From Alphaproteobacteria bacterium (GTDB taxonomy: Bacteria > Pseudomonadota > Alphaproteobacteria > JBFXJJ01): 64,000 nucleotides of DNA. The position numbers and the translations under genes are program-made. The stretch covers positions 10,513-74,512 of the forward strand of contig JBFXJJ010000007.1 in the NCBI GenBank assembly GCA_050175015.1, written 5' to 3'. Shown piece by piece: positions 27,301 to 35,542 of this stretch. Under the pieces are notes generated by a model that had not been told where the DNA came from, did no database searches, and saw only the letters and a list, made by a program, of their open reading frames with translations. Position 1 is the stretch's first letter. Every line of letters starts with the position of its first letter.

Positions 27301-30300
27301 CAGTTTTCCAGTCTTGTAATGAGGTGTTTACAAAAAACGGGGTTTGATTAAAATCAATAACCGGACTTGGATTAGAACAGTTAAGGCTGGGCGGAATTTG
27401 AGCATTTTTTAGAGCCATTACGGTTTTTATCAATCCTGCAACGCCTGCTGCCGTATCAAGGTGTCCAACATTGCTCTTGACCGATCCAACGGCACAAAAA
27501 GATTTTTTTCTAGTATATTTAGAAAAAACTTTGTTCAAGGCGTCAATCTCAATTGGATCCCCTAGCTTTGTTGCCGTTCCGTGGGTTTCAATATAGCTGA
27601 TTTTTTCGGGATTTAGACCGCAAGAATTGTAAGCATCTTCAATAACAGCTTTTTGTCCTTGAACGCTAGGAGCCGTAAAACCCACCTTTAAACTGCCATC
27701 ATTATTTATGGCAGAAGATTTTATTACCGCATAGATATGGTCTTTATCTTCAATGGCATCTTCTAAACGTTTTAATACCACAATGCCGCAACCGCTTCCG
27801 CCAACCGTACCGCAGGCATCATCGGCAAAAGCTCGGCAATGCCCATCGGGTGACATAATGGCATCTTTTTGATAAAGGTATCCTGTTTTCTGATTGGTTT
27901 GAACCGACACCCCGCCCGCAAGAGCAATTTCACACTTGCCGCAAATTAAGGATTCACAAGCTGTATGTACAGCTACTAAAGAACTGGAACAAGCCGTATT
28001 AACATTAACGGAAGGCCCCCTTAGGTTAAGTTTATAAGAAACTCTCATTGGAAGGAAATCTTTGTCATTAGCCATTGAAATCTGATAAGCATCAAGACCA
28101 TTATTCAAAAGATTATTAGGCAATAGGTTGTTTAGTAAATATAAGCTAAGACCAACCCCAGCAAAAACGCCAATTCTTTGTTGATAACGCCAAGGGTCAT
28201 ACCCTGCATCTTCTAAAGCGTGGTAGGCTTCTTCTAAGAAAACACGCTGTTGTGGGTCGATGATTTTAGCTTCGGCGGCGTTATATCCAAAGAAATTAAA
28301 ATCAAAACAGTTATGATTTTCAATTGAACCGTGAGCTGGGACAAATGATGGATTGTCTATTGTTTCTTGAGCTATTCCTGCTTCTATCAGTTCATCATCA
28401 TCAAAAAATTTAATGCTCTCTATGCCATTTTTTAGGTTTTGCCAAAATTCATATTGATTGTTTGCTTCAGGAAAACGGCAGGCAACTCCAATCACAGCAA
28501 TATCTTGAGAGGAATAGTTTTTTGTTTCTTTTACAGTGAAGTTGTCCTCAGTGTTTCCTAAAATAAACTCAGCCTGAGTTTCAATCGTTGGATAGTTAAA
28601 TAGGTCTACAGCTTTAAGGCTTGTTTTAAATTCTTTTTGCAGTTTGGAGTGTAATTTTAAGAGAAGCAGAGAATGTCCGCCAACTTCAAAAAAGTTTTGA
28701 TTGGGCAGAATGTTTTCTCTGCCTAAAAGTTCTTTCCAGATAGCGGCAATTTTTTGAGCGCCTGCGCTTAAATTTTCTTTAGGCATAATGTTTGCCTGAG
28801 AGAAAGCGTCTTCAATATCAGGCAATGACTTCTCATCAACTTTGCCCGTTCCAGAAAACGTAATCTTGTCAACGAAGATAATGTGCTGCGGTAGCATATA
28901 TTCTGGAAGTTTTTTAGCTGCAAAACTAATAATCTCTTTGGAGCTTATTGGAGCATCTTCGGTTTCAATGTAAGCTACCAAAGATCCTTTAAATTCTTTG
29001 ACGTGACATAGTTTAATAGAAGGATTCGCCATAATTGCAGTTTCAACTTCTCCAGCTTCAATTCTAAAGCCTCTAACTTTAATCTGTCTGTCAATTCTGC
29101 CGCCAAATTCTAAAAGCCCGAGATGATTAATTCTGACTAAGTCACCCGTTTTATAAAAACGCTGTCCATTAATATCAATAAAACTGTTAAGAGTTAAATC
29201 CTCTAAGTTAAGATATTCTTGAGCAAGGCAGTCGCCGCCAATAAAGAGTTCTCCGTAGCTTCCTCGTATTACAGGCTTTAGGTATTTATCAAGAACTAGC
29301 AGTTTGCGTCCCATAAAGGCTCTGCCAATAGGAACACTTTTGGCATCTTTTAAGTCTTCAACATTTAGTTTGTAATAGGTTGAAGTTATAACGGCCTCGG
29401 TAGGGCCGTAAGCGTTGATAAGGGGTATGTCGCCGAAAGCACAATATGACCATTCTTGAGCAACATCAAGCGGTAAAGCTTCGCCGCCAGCTATTATCAA
29501 TCGAAGAAAATCAGGTGCTTTTTCGGTGTTTTCTACTAGCTCTCTTAGATAAAGAGGAGGAACATCTGCAATTGTTATCTTAAATTTTTCTGCTTTATCT
29601 AAAAATTCTTCGACCGACCATAAGGCATCTCTTTGAACAAGACTTCCTCCGCACAAAAGAGTTGGAAAAATTTGTTCTAATGCGGCATCAAAGTATAAGG
29701 AAGCAAAGAATAAAGTGCAGTCAGATGGTTTGATTTCATATTCTCTGATTGCAGCAGCACAGTGATTTTCTAACGCTTGATGCGAAACTTTTATGCCTTT
29801 TGGCTTTCCCGTCGTTCCCGAAGTATAAATGATATATGCCGTACTTTCTGGAGAATATGATAAGGAAGAAAAAGTAGCTTTTCCTAGGGTTTCAGGAGAT
29901 ATAAAGTCGATATCTAACAGTTCTTTTTTCAGCGGAAAATCTTGTTTAGATAGAGCATACTTAATATTAGCATCATCGATAATAAAATTTAAACGTTCTG
30001 CGGGAGAATTGTAATCAAGAGGAACAAAAACACCGCCCATTTTCATAACGCCTAAGATGCTTGGAATCTGCCATTCATCAGGGGGAAGAACTATACCAAT
30101 GTTATCTCCCTGTTTAGCGCCTTTTTTGGTTAAAGCTGCGGCAATGGCGTTTGCCATATTGTCAAGCATTGAATATGAAAAAACGGTTTCTTTGAAATAG
30201 ATTGCAGGATTATTAGGGGTATCTTGCGCTAATTCAGCAATTTTTTGAGCTATTCCTAAAGGTAGAAAAACATCTTTCTGAGAAATAAGGTTATTTAAAG

Positions 30301-31660
30301 ATGGGTTTAAATTAAATTTTTTATCATCATCACTTAATAGATTTAGGCTAAAAATTTTAGCAAAGGGATTTTCAAGGCAGGTTCTTAAAGTGGTGAGATA
30401 GGTCTTAGAAAGATTAGAAATAGTTTCTTTAGTAAAAAGATTAGTATTATATTCTAAATAAAACAAAGGTTTTTCAAAACCTTCGGCAACATCAAGCGTC
30501 AATTCAAAAATAGATGATTTTCTAGGTGGTTGCAGAATTTCTGCTTTTAAATCAGCAAAACCATCAATGCTTTTTAAAACATTTTGGAAAGAAAACATTA
30601 TCTGAACTAACGGATTGCGTCCGCTGGAACGTTCAGGATTAAGAGTGTTAATGATAGCATCAAGAGGAATATCCTGACTGTCTAAGGCGTTTAGGGACTT
30701 TGCTCTGATTTGTTTAATAAGCTCTTGAAAGGTTAAGTTTTGTGAAAAATCAAAACTGATAACAATCGTGTTAACAAAATAGCCAAAGATATTGTAAAAA
30801 TCTTGTTTGGCTCTTCCTGCAAAAGGAACACCAACAACAAATTTATCACTATGGGTAAATTTATTAAGCATTACACCAAAGGCGCTTAAATAAAACATAA
30901 ATGGAGTTATGGCATTCTGATTGCAGAAAAGACCAATTTCTTTTCTTAAATCTTCATCAATATTATCAAAAAGAACACGCCCCTCACCAGAAAGCTGTTT
31001 GGGATAAGGCTTATCGGTTGGGATTTCAATAAAGCTTGGAATATCGGCAAGTTGAGACGCTTGTTTTTTCGTTCTATCTAGGAAAGTAACTTCCTTGGCA
31101 GCGTTTTCTGTGAAATTCACATAATCTGAGTAGTCAGCTTTAACCTGCGGCAAGTTTATTTCTTCGTTTTTTATTAATGATGAATAAACCGTTTTCAATT
31201 CGGTAAAAAATAAATTTAAAGAAATGCCATCACCAATTATATGATGAAAGCTTGCCAGCAAGATATGACTGGTTTCAGATATTTTTAAGAGTGCAAAGCG
31301 AAATAGATTGTCTTTTTCTAAATCAAAAGGTTTTTCTAAAAAAAGTTCAGCTGTTTTTTGCCAGCCTGTTTTGCCGTCATTTAAGTTAATAGTTTCAAGT
31401 TTGTATGTCTTTTCTGGGGAGATTTTTTGTAAGACATCTCCGTTTTGAGAAAAAAAGTTAGCTCTTAGCTGGTTATGACGTTTAATAAGATATTCGAGAG
31501 CAGAATATAAGGCATCTTGATTAATAACACCGTCTAATTTAAGGCAATAAGGCATATTATAAGAAGAGTTGTTCTTATCAAGATTCCATAAAAACCAGAG
31601 TCTTTGCTGTGCAGGAGATAAAGGAAAAAGAGATTGATTTGAAGGAAGATCTTCATTCAT
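24329..31660 (-). CDS. Hybrid NRPS-PKS: C-A-PCP-KS-(AT-less)-KR with inserted DH-ACP
   Basis: C HHIIGDG; A YTSGTTGKPKG/YGPTE; PCP GGHSL; KS TACSSS, HGTAT, VGHL; no GHSxG AT; KR GASGGIG and SYSAAN; DH EHILNGQPTMP; ACP LGVDSF; C-terminus EWEEGEI. Confidence 0.95.
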   Translation of the reverse strand: MNEDLPSNQSLFPLSPAQQRLWFLWNLDKNNSSYNMPYCLKLDGVINQDALYSALEYLIKRHNQLRANFFSQNGDVLQKISPEKTYKLETINLNDGKTGWQKTAELFLEKPFDLEKDNLFRFALLKISETSHILLASFHHIIGDGISLNLFFTELKTVYSSLIKNEEINLPQVKADYSDYVNFTENAAKEVTFLDRTKKQASQLADIPSFIEIPTDKPYPKQLSGEGRVLFDNIDEDLRKEIGLFCNQNAITPFMFYLSAFGVMLNKFTHSDKFVVGVPFAGRAKQDFYNIFGYFVNTIVISFDFSQNLTFQELIKQIRAKSLNALDSQDIPLDAIINTLNPERSSGRNPLVQIMFSFQNVLKSIDGFADLKAEILQPPRKSSIFELTLDVAEGFEKPLFYLEYNTNLFTKETISNLSKTYLTTLRTCLENPFAKIFSLNLLSDDDKKFNLNPSLNNLISQKDVFLPLGIAQKIAELAQDTPNNPAIYFKETVFSYSMLDNMANAIAAALTKKGAKQGDNIGIVLPPDEWQIPSILGVMKMGGVFVPLDYNSPAERLNFIIDDANIKYALSKQDFPLKKELLDIDFISPETLGKATFSSLSYSPESTAYIIYTSGTTGKPKGIKVSHQALENHCAAAIREYEIKPSDCTLFFASLYFDAALEQIFPTLLCGGSLVQRDALWSVEEFLDKAEKFKITIADVPPLYLRELVENTEKAPDFLRLIIAGGEALPLDVAQEWSYCAFGDIPLINAYGPTEAVITSTYYKLNVEDLKDAKSVPIGRAFMGRKLLVLDKYLKPVIRGSYGELFIGGDCLAQEYLNLEDLTLNSFIDINGQRFYKTGDLVRINHLGLLEFGGRIDRQIKVRGFRIEAGEVETAIMANPSIKLCHVKEFKGSLVAYIETEDAPISSKEIISFAAKKLPEYMLPQHIIFVDKITFSGTGKVDEKSLPDIEDAFSQANIMPKENLSAGAQKIAAIWKELLGRENILPNQNFFEVGGHSLLLLKLHSKLQKEFKTSLKAVDLFNYPTIETQAEFILGNTEDNFTVKETKNYSSQDIAVIGVACRFPEANNQYEFWQNLKNGIESIKFFDDDELIEAGIAQETIDNPSFVPAHGSIENHNCFDFNFFGYNAAEAKIIDPQQRVFLEEAYHALEDAGYDPWRYQQRIGVFAGVGLSLYLLNNLLPNNLLNNGLDAYQISMANDKDFLPMRVSYKLNLRGPSVNVNTACSSSLVAVHTACESLICGKCEIALAGGVSVQTNQKTGYLYQKDAIMSPDGHCRAFADDACGTVGGSGCGIVVLKRLEDAIEDKDHIYAVIKSSAINNDGSLKVGFTAPSVQGQKAVIEDAYNSCGLNPEKISYIETHGTATKLGDPIEIDALNKVFSKYTRKKSFCAVGSVKSNVGHLDTAAGVAGLIKTVMALKNAQIPPSLNCSNPSPVIDFNQTPFFVNTSLQDWKTEDKRYAGVSSFGMGGTNAHIVLEEFVSLETSEKNDDFWVVPLSAETQNSLESSIETFADFLSQNTSLNNSDLFFTLAMGRKECRFRKVFVGSSRDEVIKNLKQKSSIDIVCPAVEDQLKTTLLNWQKGESSFGNELFENKKCQRISLPTYAFVKTKCWIDAPKTSNDTRKPLENWFYSKTWKLLEDDFSYSESDIAGSLILYRKTSIQNDVLNLLQKLNIDCYEISNFNKEELASILKTKNTKNIIYLDALEDFDTLNEGYESYFGNIISLARIAALNDTPIIISVITKNMLKTENEVTSPLKSIILGVVKTINKEYSNIKCRCLDISELSPEILTLSLTSKIYEIIALRKYKLVPEINPSQSKLTRTHLLTKGGNYIVFGASGGIGAKVSEYLAQNYNANLVLISRSKLQDNDIRMKNLVKHSGKKLSLACDINDDAVLQNSINEASTFLGKIDGIFHCVGTADNEMIASLSKEHAFKIMSPKITATNTIYNKVKNCNPKFILLCSSTSGNFGEKGHSSYSAANAYLDAFATEYNNKDGFPVVSIAWDFIANNGIAAKAVNGLNPNARKIFSIETSPEENWVLGEHILNGQPTMPATGYIDFAANVLKKEHIITFKDVILSRRLSAKPHEKVKVNLYTNPKEDFFEFAITSNKKDKEIEHLSGLFVENNEGKAPEPLDISVLQANMKETPISDSSPDFETNGNADFKIEAGKHWQFDKRLWCGDNEALIKLSLSENLQNDFEDHSFYPSLTDIATAFYLSQTSNTSDFIPFKFGEITIYQNIKDEIYSYCKLVSSEDDEEKVIFDIIITTNNGEKIADIKNYVLLNKNGINKELEKYFGKKKTIIDIEEFKKSAIKPSEIPEIIERSLAFDKPYVFISTNDIETLEKPKTEEQKTKDDAPVSLSPQEILTNIISELMEITDIDPKKNIFDLGVDSFLALQIASKVKDKTGVDISLDRFFASPTVEELSKYLALKTPQKKTEPEWEEGEI

Positions 31661-31842
31661 TGCACAAACACTCTAGAAATATTGTATGGTTCTTAAAAAA
31701 TATGGCTGTTAGGAATATAGCTAATAATACTTATTATAACAACTATAAAAAATAGAAAAAAAGCAACATTTTTTGCTTATAAATATAAGAAAAACATACA
31801 AAATTCTTGACGGTTGAGCTTTTTTTGTTTAAAGCCAAAGAG

Positions 31843-32907
31843 ATGAAAAAAAATAGTCTGTTTTACTTATTGCTGCCTTTCTTTGCTCTTTTCTTGAATG
31901 TCTCCGAAGTTTTAGCTCGTGATGCTCAAGGACGCTATGTTATAGCTTATTTTGAAAATGGAAAATACAGCGATTTTGACCGTCAAAAATTGTTAATTTT
32001 AAACCAAATGGATAAATTAGGTTTAAAAGATAAATATGTTTTACCTGATGAACTTCGCTTTAGCCCTGGCTGGAATATTCCAGAAGAAGATTTAGAAGCT
32101 GTTGCAGAAAAAGTTATGGCTCTAAAAGATGTCGATATGATTTTTTCTATGGGAACATCTGCCACCAAAGCTCTTTTGGCAAAAAACAACTATAAAACAC
32201 CTATTATCGGAGTTGCTATTTCAGATCCATATCGTTCCGCAATTGTGTCAAGCCAGACTACAAGCAATACCAATAATCTTGCTGTTCTCTATGTTCCTAA
32301 TGGTTGGTTGCAAGTCTTTAATACCCTTCACGAGATTGTAGGGTTTAATAAGATGGGCATAATTTATGAAGATACGGTTAATGGCAGGTCTTATGCTAAT
32401 TTAGATGATTCAATAGAAGCGGGAAGAAATTTTGGCTTCAGTGTCCTAGAATATCCGTTCTATAACCCTAGGAATCCTTTCGAGAGTTGTCGTGATGGGG
32501 TTAAAAATCTAGCAGCTAGAGGTGTTGATGCGCTGTTTATCTCTGATATAGAATGTTTTGATAAAAATATTGTTGATGCGGAATCTATTATCAAATTAGC
32601 GAATAGTTATAAGATTGCAACCATTTCTAACCTAGGTGATTTGCACGTTAGCGAAGGTACTCTTATCAGTGTTTCCAGCTACTCAAGTGCTAGTTTGGGA
32701 GATTTTTTTGCCACCAGAATTAAAAAGATTTTGGAAGATGGAGCGAAACCATCAGATTTTCCAATCAATGCTGACTTTAATCCAGAAATAATCATTAACT
32801 TTCAAACTGCTCAAGAAATAGGCGCAGATTTTTCAATGCCTGTTATGCTTAGTGCTGATAAAATTTATGATAGCATAAAGGAAGAAGAAACCAATGAAGA
32901 AGAGTAG
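31843..32907 (+). CDS. Periplasmic ABC-type substrate-binding protein (orphan)
   Basis: Signal peptide (MKKNSLFYLLLPFFALFLNVSEVLA) from ATG 31843; DMIFSMGTSAT, TPIIGVAISDP, PEIIINFQTAQEIG typical of the ABC_sub_bind type. Confidence 0.75.
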   Translation: MKKNSLFYLLLPFFALFLNVSEVLARDAQGRYVIAYFENGKYSDFDRQKLLILNQMDKLGLKDKYVLPDELRFSPGWNIPEEDLEAVAEKVMALKDVDMIFSMGTSATKALLAKNNYKTPIIGVAISDPYRSAIVSSQTTSNTNNLAVLYVPNGWLQVFNTLHEIVGFNKMGIIYEDTVNGRSYANLDDSIEAGRNFGFSVLEYPFYNPRNPFESCRDGVKNLAARGVDALFISDIECFDKNIVDAESIIKLANSYKIATISNLGDLHVSEGTLISVSSYSSASLGDFFATRIKKILEDGAKPSDFPINADFNPEIIINFQTAQEIGADFSMPVMLSADKIYDSIKEEETNEEE

Positions 32908-33403
32908 ATTTTTTCTATTATGGTATTTTTTTGTGCCTTTTGCTGTAGTATTTTTATTTATGTTGTTTGTCAGTGTTTTTTGCAGCGATAAAACTAAAAT
33001 TACTCACAAAAGTAATATTGAGATTGCAAGAGAGCTTTATGTTAAGGTCGATAAAACAATTTTAGCGCAGGTTAATCATAAAAAATATATCAATATTATT
33101 GAGGAACGTATTAACTGTTATACTAAACATCACAGTTATTCAGAAAGGGTTAATATTTGCAGCAGTGATTATCAGAAAAATATAATTAAAGTTGCATCTG
33201 AAATAACAAATAAAAGGCCAATGATAGGTAACTTTGTTATCAAAATTAACGAATGTCCTGTTATGTTTAATATGTGCCGCGGAGAACAGAAAACGATAGA
33301 TGAATGCATTGTTTTTGAGAAAAAATGCTTGGATTATTTTTTAGATAAATATTGGCGTGGTAATTGGGATAGCGAAATAAAGGAAAAAGCAGAATATGAA
33401 TAG
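32894..33403 (+). CDS. Hypothetical membrane-anchored Cys-rich protein
   Basis: 169 aa, N-terminal TM, six Cys in the soluble part (INC..NIC..ECP..NMC..DEC..KKC), ending LDKYWRG; overlaps both neighbours. Confidence 0.7.
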   Translation: MKKSRFFLLWYFFVPFAVVFLFMLFVSVFCSDKTKITHKSNIEIARELYVKVDKTILAQVNHKKYINIIEERINCYTKHHSYSERVNICSSDYQKNIIKVASEITNKRPMIGNFVIKINECPVMFNMCRGEQKTIDECIVFEKKCLDYFLDKYWRGNWDSEIKEKAEYE

Positions 33404-34442
33404 TTTAAAAGCTGTTTTAAATAGAATAAAATTTCCAATGATGCTTACAGGAATCATAGTGACAGTGTCATTTTTTGTGCTTTGGAGATTAGTTGTTGTT
33501 ACTATATTACCTGGTCAAAAGGCTGTGTTTTATTCCCGTATGTTTGGCGGAACGGATATGAATACCGTTTATGGTGAAGGAATTCACTTGAAAATGCCAT
33601 GGGATAAATTTTTTATTTATGATGCTAGAGTTCAAGAAGCAAAAGTTGATTTAGACGTTCTTTCCTCTGATGGTCTAACAATTAAGGTTACGATTTCTTG
33701 CCGCTATCAAATTATGAAAGATCTTCTGCCTCAGCTTCATACTGAAATTGGAATAGATTATTTTAACAAAATTATATATCCGTCATTAACTTCCGCTGTA
33801 AGGCAAGTGGTTGGCAAATATCGCCCGATAGAGCTTTATTCCAGTGCAAGACAGGAACTTCAAGATCAGATGCTGGTTACAGCAATCCAAGAAGTATCAA
33901 GGGTGCCGATTGTTATATATAATGTGATTGTGAAAAGCATAACTCTTCCAGAGATTATCAATAAAGCGATTGAGAAAAAACTTGAATCTGAGCAGGAATA
34001 TTTAAGATATCAATATATTCTGCAGACAACAGTGGAAGAAGCAAAAAGAAAAACGATAGAAGCTTATGGAATTAACCGTTATCAAGAATTAATAAATCAA
34101 AATATGACGAATGATTTTCTGCGTTTTGAAGGCATAAAAGCAACTAAAGAATTGGCAGCATCACCTAATTCTAAAATGGTTGTTATTGGCGGCGGAAAAG
34201 ATGGTCTTCCTGTTATTCTCAATACCGCAGATAGTGATGTTTCTGCAAAATCTCAAAATGCGCTAAAGCTTAATGATGCTCGAGAAAAAACAGCTAAAAT
34301 TGAGGAATCCGTTGTTAAAGAAACAGATCAAGCAATGATTAAAGCTGAAAACAGCATATTAAACCAAAACAAACTTATTGAAAAACTTAAGTATTTCGAT
34401 AAAATTCTTTTAAATCCATTGAAAGGTAGCTCAAATGAATGA
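33396..34442 (+). CDS. SPFH/prohibitin-family membrane protein
   Basis: N-terminal TM, GEGIHLKMPW, VLSSDGL, SAVRQVVGKY, AIEKKL, coiled-coil, LAASPNSKMVVIGGGKDGLPVIL. Confidence 0.88.
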   Translation: MNSLKAVLNRIKFPMMLTGIIVTVSFFVLWRLVVVTILPGQKAVFYSRMFGGTDMNTVYGEGIHLKMPWDKFFIYDARVQEAKVDLDVLSSDGLTIKVTISCRYQIMKDLLPQLHTEIGIDYFNKIIYPSLTSAVRQVVGKYRPIELYSSARQELQDQMLVTAIQEVSRVPIVIYNVIVKSITLPEIINKAIEKKLESEQEYLRYQYILQTTVEEAKRKTIEAYGINRYQELINQNMTNDFLRFEGIKATKELAASPNSKMVVIGGGKDGLPVILNTADSDVSAKSQNALKLNDAREKTAKIEESVVKETDQAMIKAENSILNQNKLIEKLKYFDKILLNPLKGSSNE

Positions 34443-34629
34443 AATTGTGATTATTTTTGTTAATGTCGTTTTGTCCGTTATCGTGGGAGCGATTGGTGAA
34501 AATCGTAAATTTGGTTTTTGGGGTTATTTTTTCGCTAGTGTTTTAATGACGCCAATTGTTGGTGCGATGTTGGTTTTGGCATCAGATGCTCCGCCAAAGA
34601 TAACTAAGGTTAAAATCGAAAACGAATAA
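34435..34629 (+). CDS. Small two-TM membrane protein
   Basis: 64 aa, RKFGFWGYFFASVLMTPIVG; overlaps the SPFH stop by 8 nt. Confidence 0.7.
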   Translation: MNEIVIIFVNVVLSVIVGAIGENRKFGFWGYFFASVLMTPIVGAMLVLASDAPPKITKVKIENE

Positions 34630-34652
34630 TAAATAAAATTGAATTTGTTTAG

Positions 34653-34691
34653 AATTAAAGGGGTTCTTTATAAAACCCCTTTAATTTTTTT
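34653..34691 (+). terminator. Intrinsic terminator of the SBP-SPFH operon
   Basis: 13-bp stem AATTAAAGGGGTT/AACCCCTTTAATT, 8-nt loop, then a T-run. Confidence 0.75.
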
Positions 34692-34907
34692 GCATTCATT
34701 ACTTAGAAAATACCGAGCGTAAGTTCTTTAAAAAACATCTTTTTGTCTTTAGGTCTTGGAATAATTTTATAATTATATTGTGCTATAAATCGATTGTTTG
34801 TTTACAGTTAAGTGGGGGATAAAACGTATATTCTGAAACAAGTATTCGTTTATGATTTAAACATAAGAAGTCTTAGTCTGAGAATAAGCTTTGGGTTAAA
34901 GAGGCAA

Positions 34908-34939
34908 TAAAAAAGCCCATAAAAATATGGGCTTTTTAT
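34908..34939. terminator. Bidirectional-type intrinsic terminator downstream of DUF697
   Basis: AAAAAGCCCATA/TATGGGCTTTTT 12-bp stem with a 4-nt loop. Confidence 0.75.
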
Positions 34940-34963
34940 GAATATTAAGTTTTTAAACTTAAA

Positions 34964-35479
34964 TTATTTTGAAGTTTGTTTAGAAAGTTCTTTACCTTCT
35001 TCAAACATTTTTTTGAAGTGAGTTTTAACTTCTTCTGGTTTGAGGTCAAGTAAGTTGCCACCAGCTTCAAAGTGAGCGGCAAAGACTTTACCTGTGGCAT
35101 AAGTTAAAGCACCTGCAATAACAGGGAGACTTACAACTCCAACAAGCTGACCTACGATTGGAATAAATTTTAATACAGAAGCAAAAATTCCTGTAGCAGC
35201 AGGCATAATACCAACTGAAGCAAAAAGAGGAAGTAAAACGTTTTTAACTTTGTTTTCTGAGAAAGGAATATTATAGACCTTTGTCATTTTAGAAAGCATT
35301 GTTATTTGTGCAGCATAAATTGCAGCAATGTCCCAGCCTGGAAAAGGAATAAGACCACCACCAGCACTCCAAAGCATAAATGTTTTGGTAATTTTATTGG
35401 CTTGTTCAAGTTGAGAAAGCCCAGAAAGTTCTTCAGAACTAATCTTTGGACCAACGTCTTTTTTTACTTCAGCATTCAC
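34964..35479 (-). CDS. DUF697/YcjF-like protein
   Basis: GTG start after GGAGGA; GGGLIPFPGWDIAAIYAAQITML...VYNIPF, FIPIVGQLVG, ALTYATGKVF..HFEAGG. Confidence 0.8.
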   Translation of the reverse strand: MNAEVKKDVGPKISSEELSGLSQLEQANKITKTFMLWSAGGGLIPFPGWDIAAIYAAQITMLSKMTKVYNIPFSENKVKNVLLPLFASVGIMPAATGIFASVLKFIPIVGQLVGVVSLPVIAGALTYATGKVFAAHFEAGGNLLDLKPEEVKTHFKKMFEEGKELSKQTSK

Positions 35480-35542
35480 AGTTAATATCCTCCAAATATA
35501 TGTAAAAAGTAGAAATTAAAGTATCAATTTAAGGGTTATATG

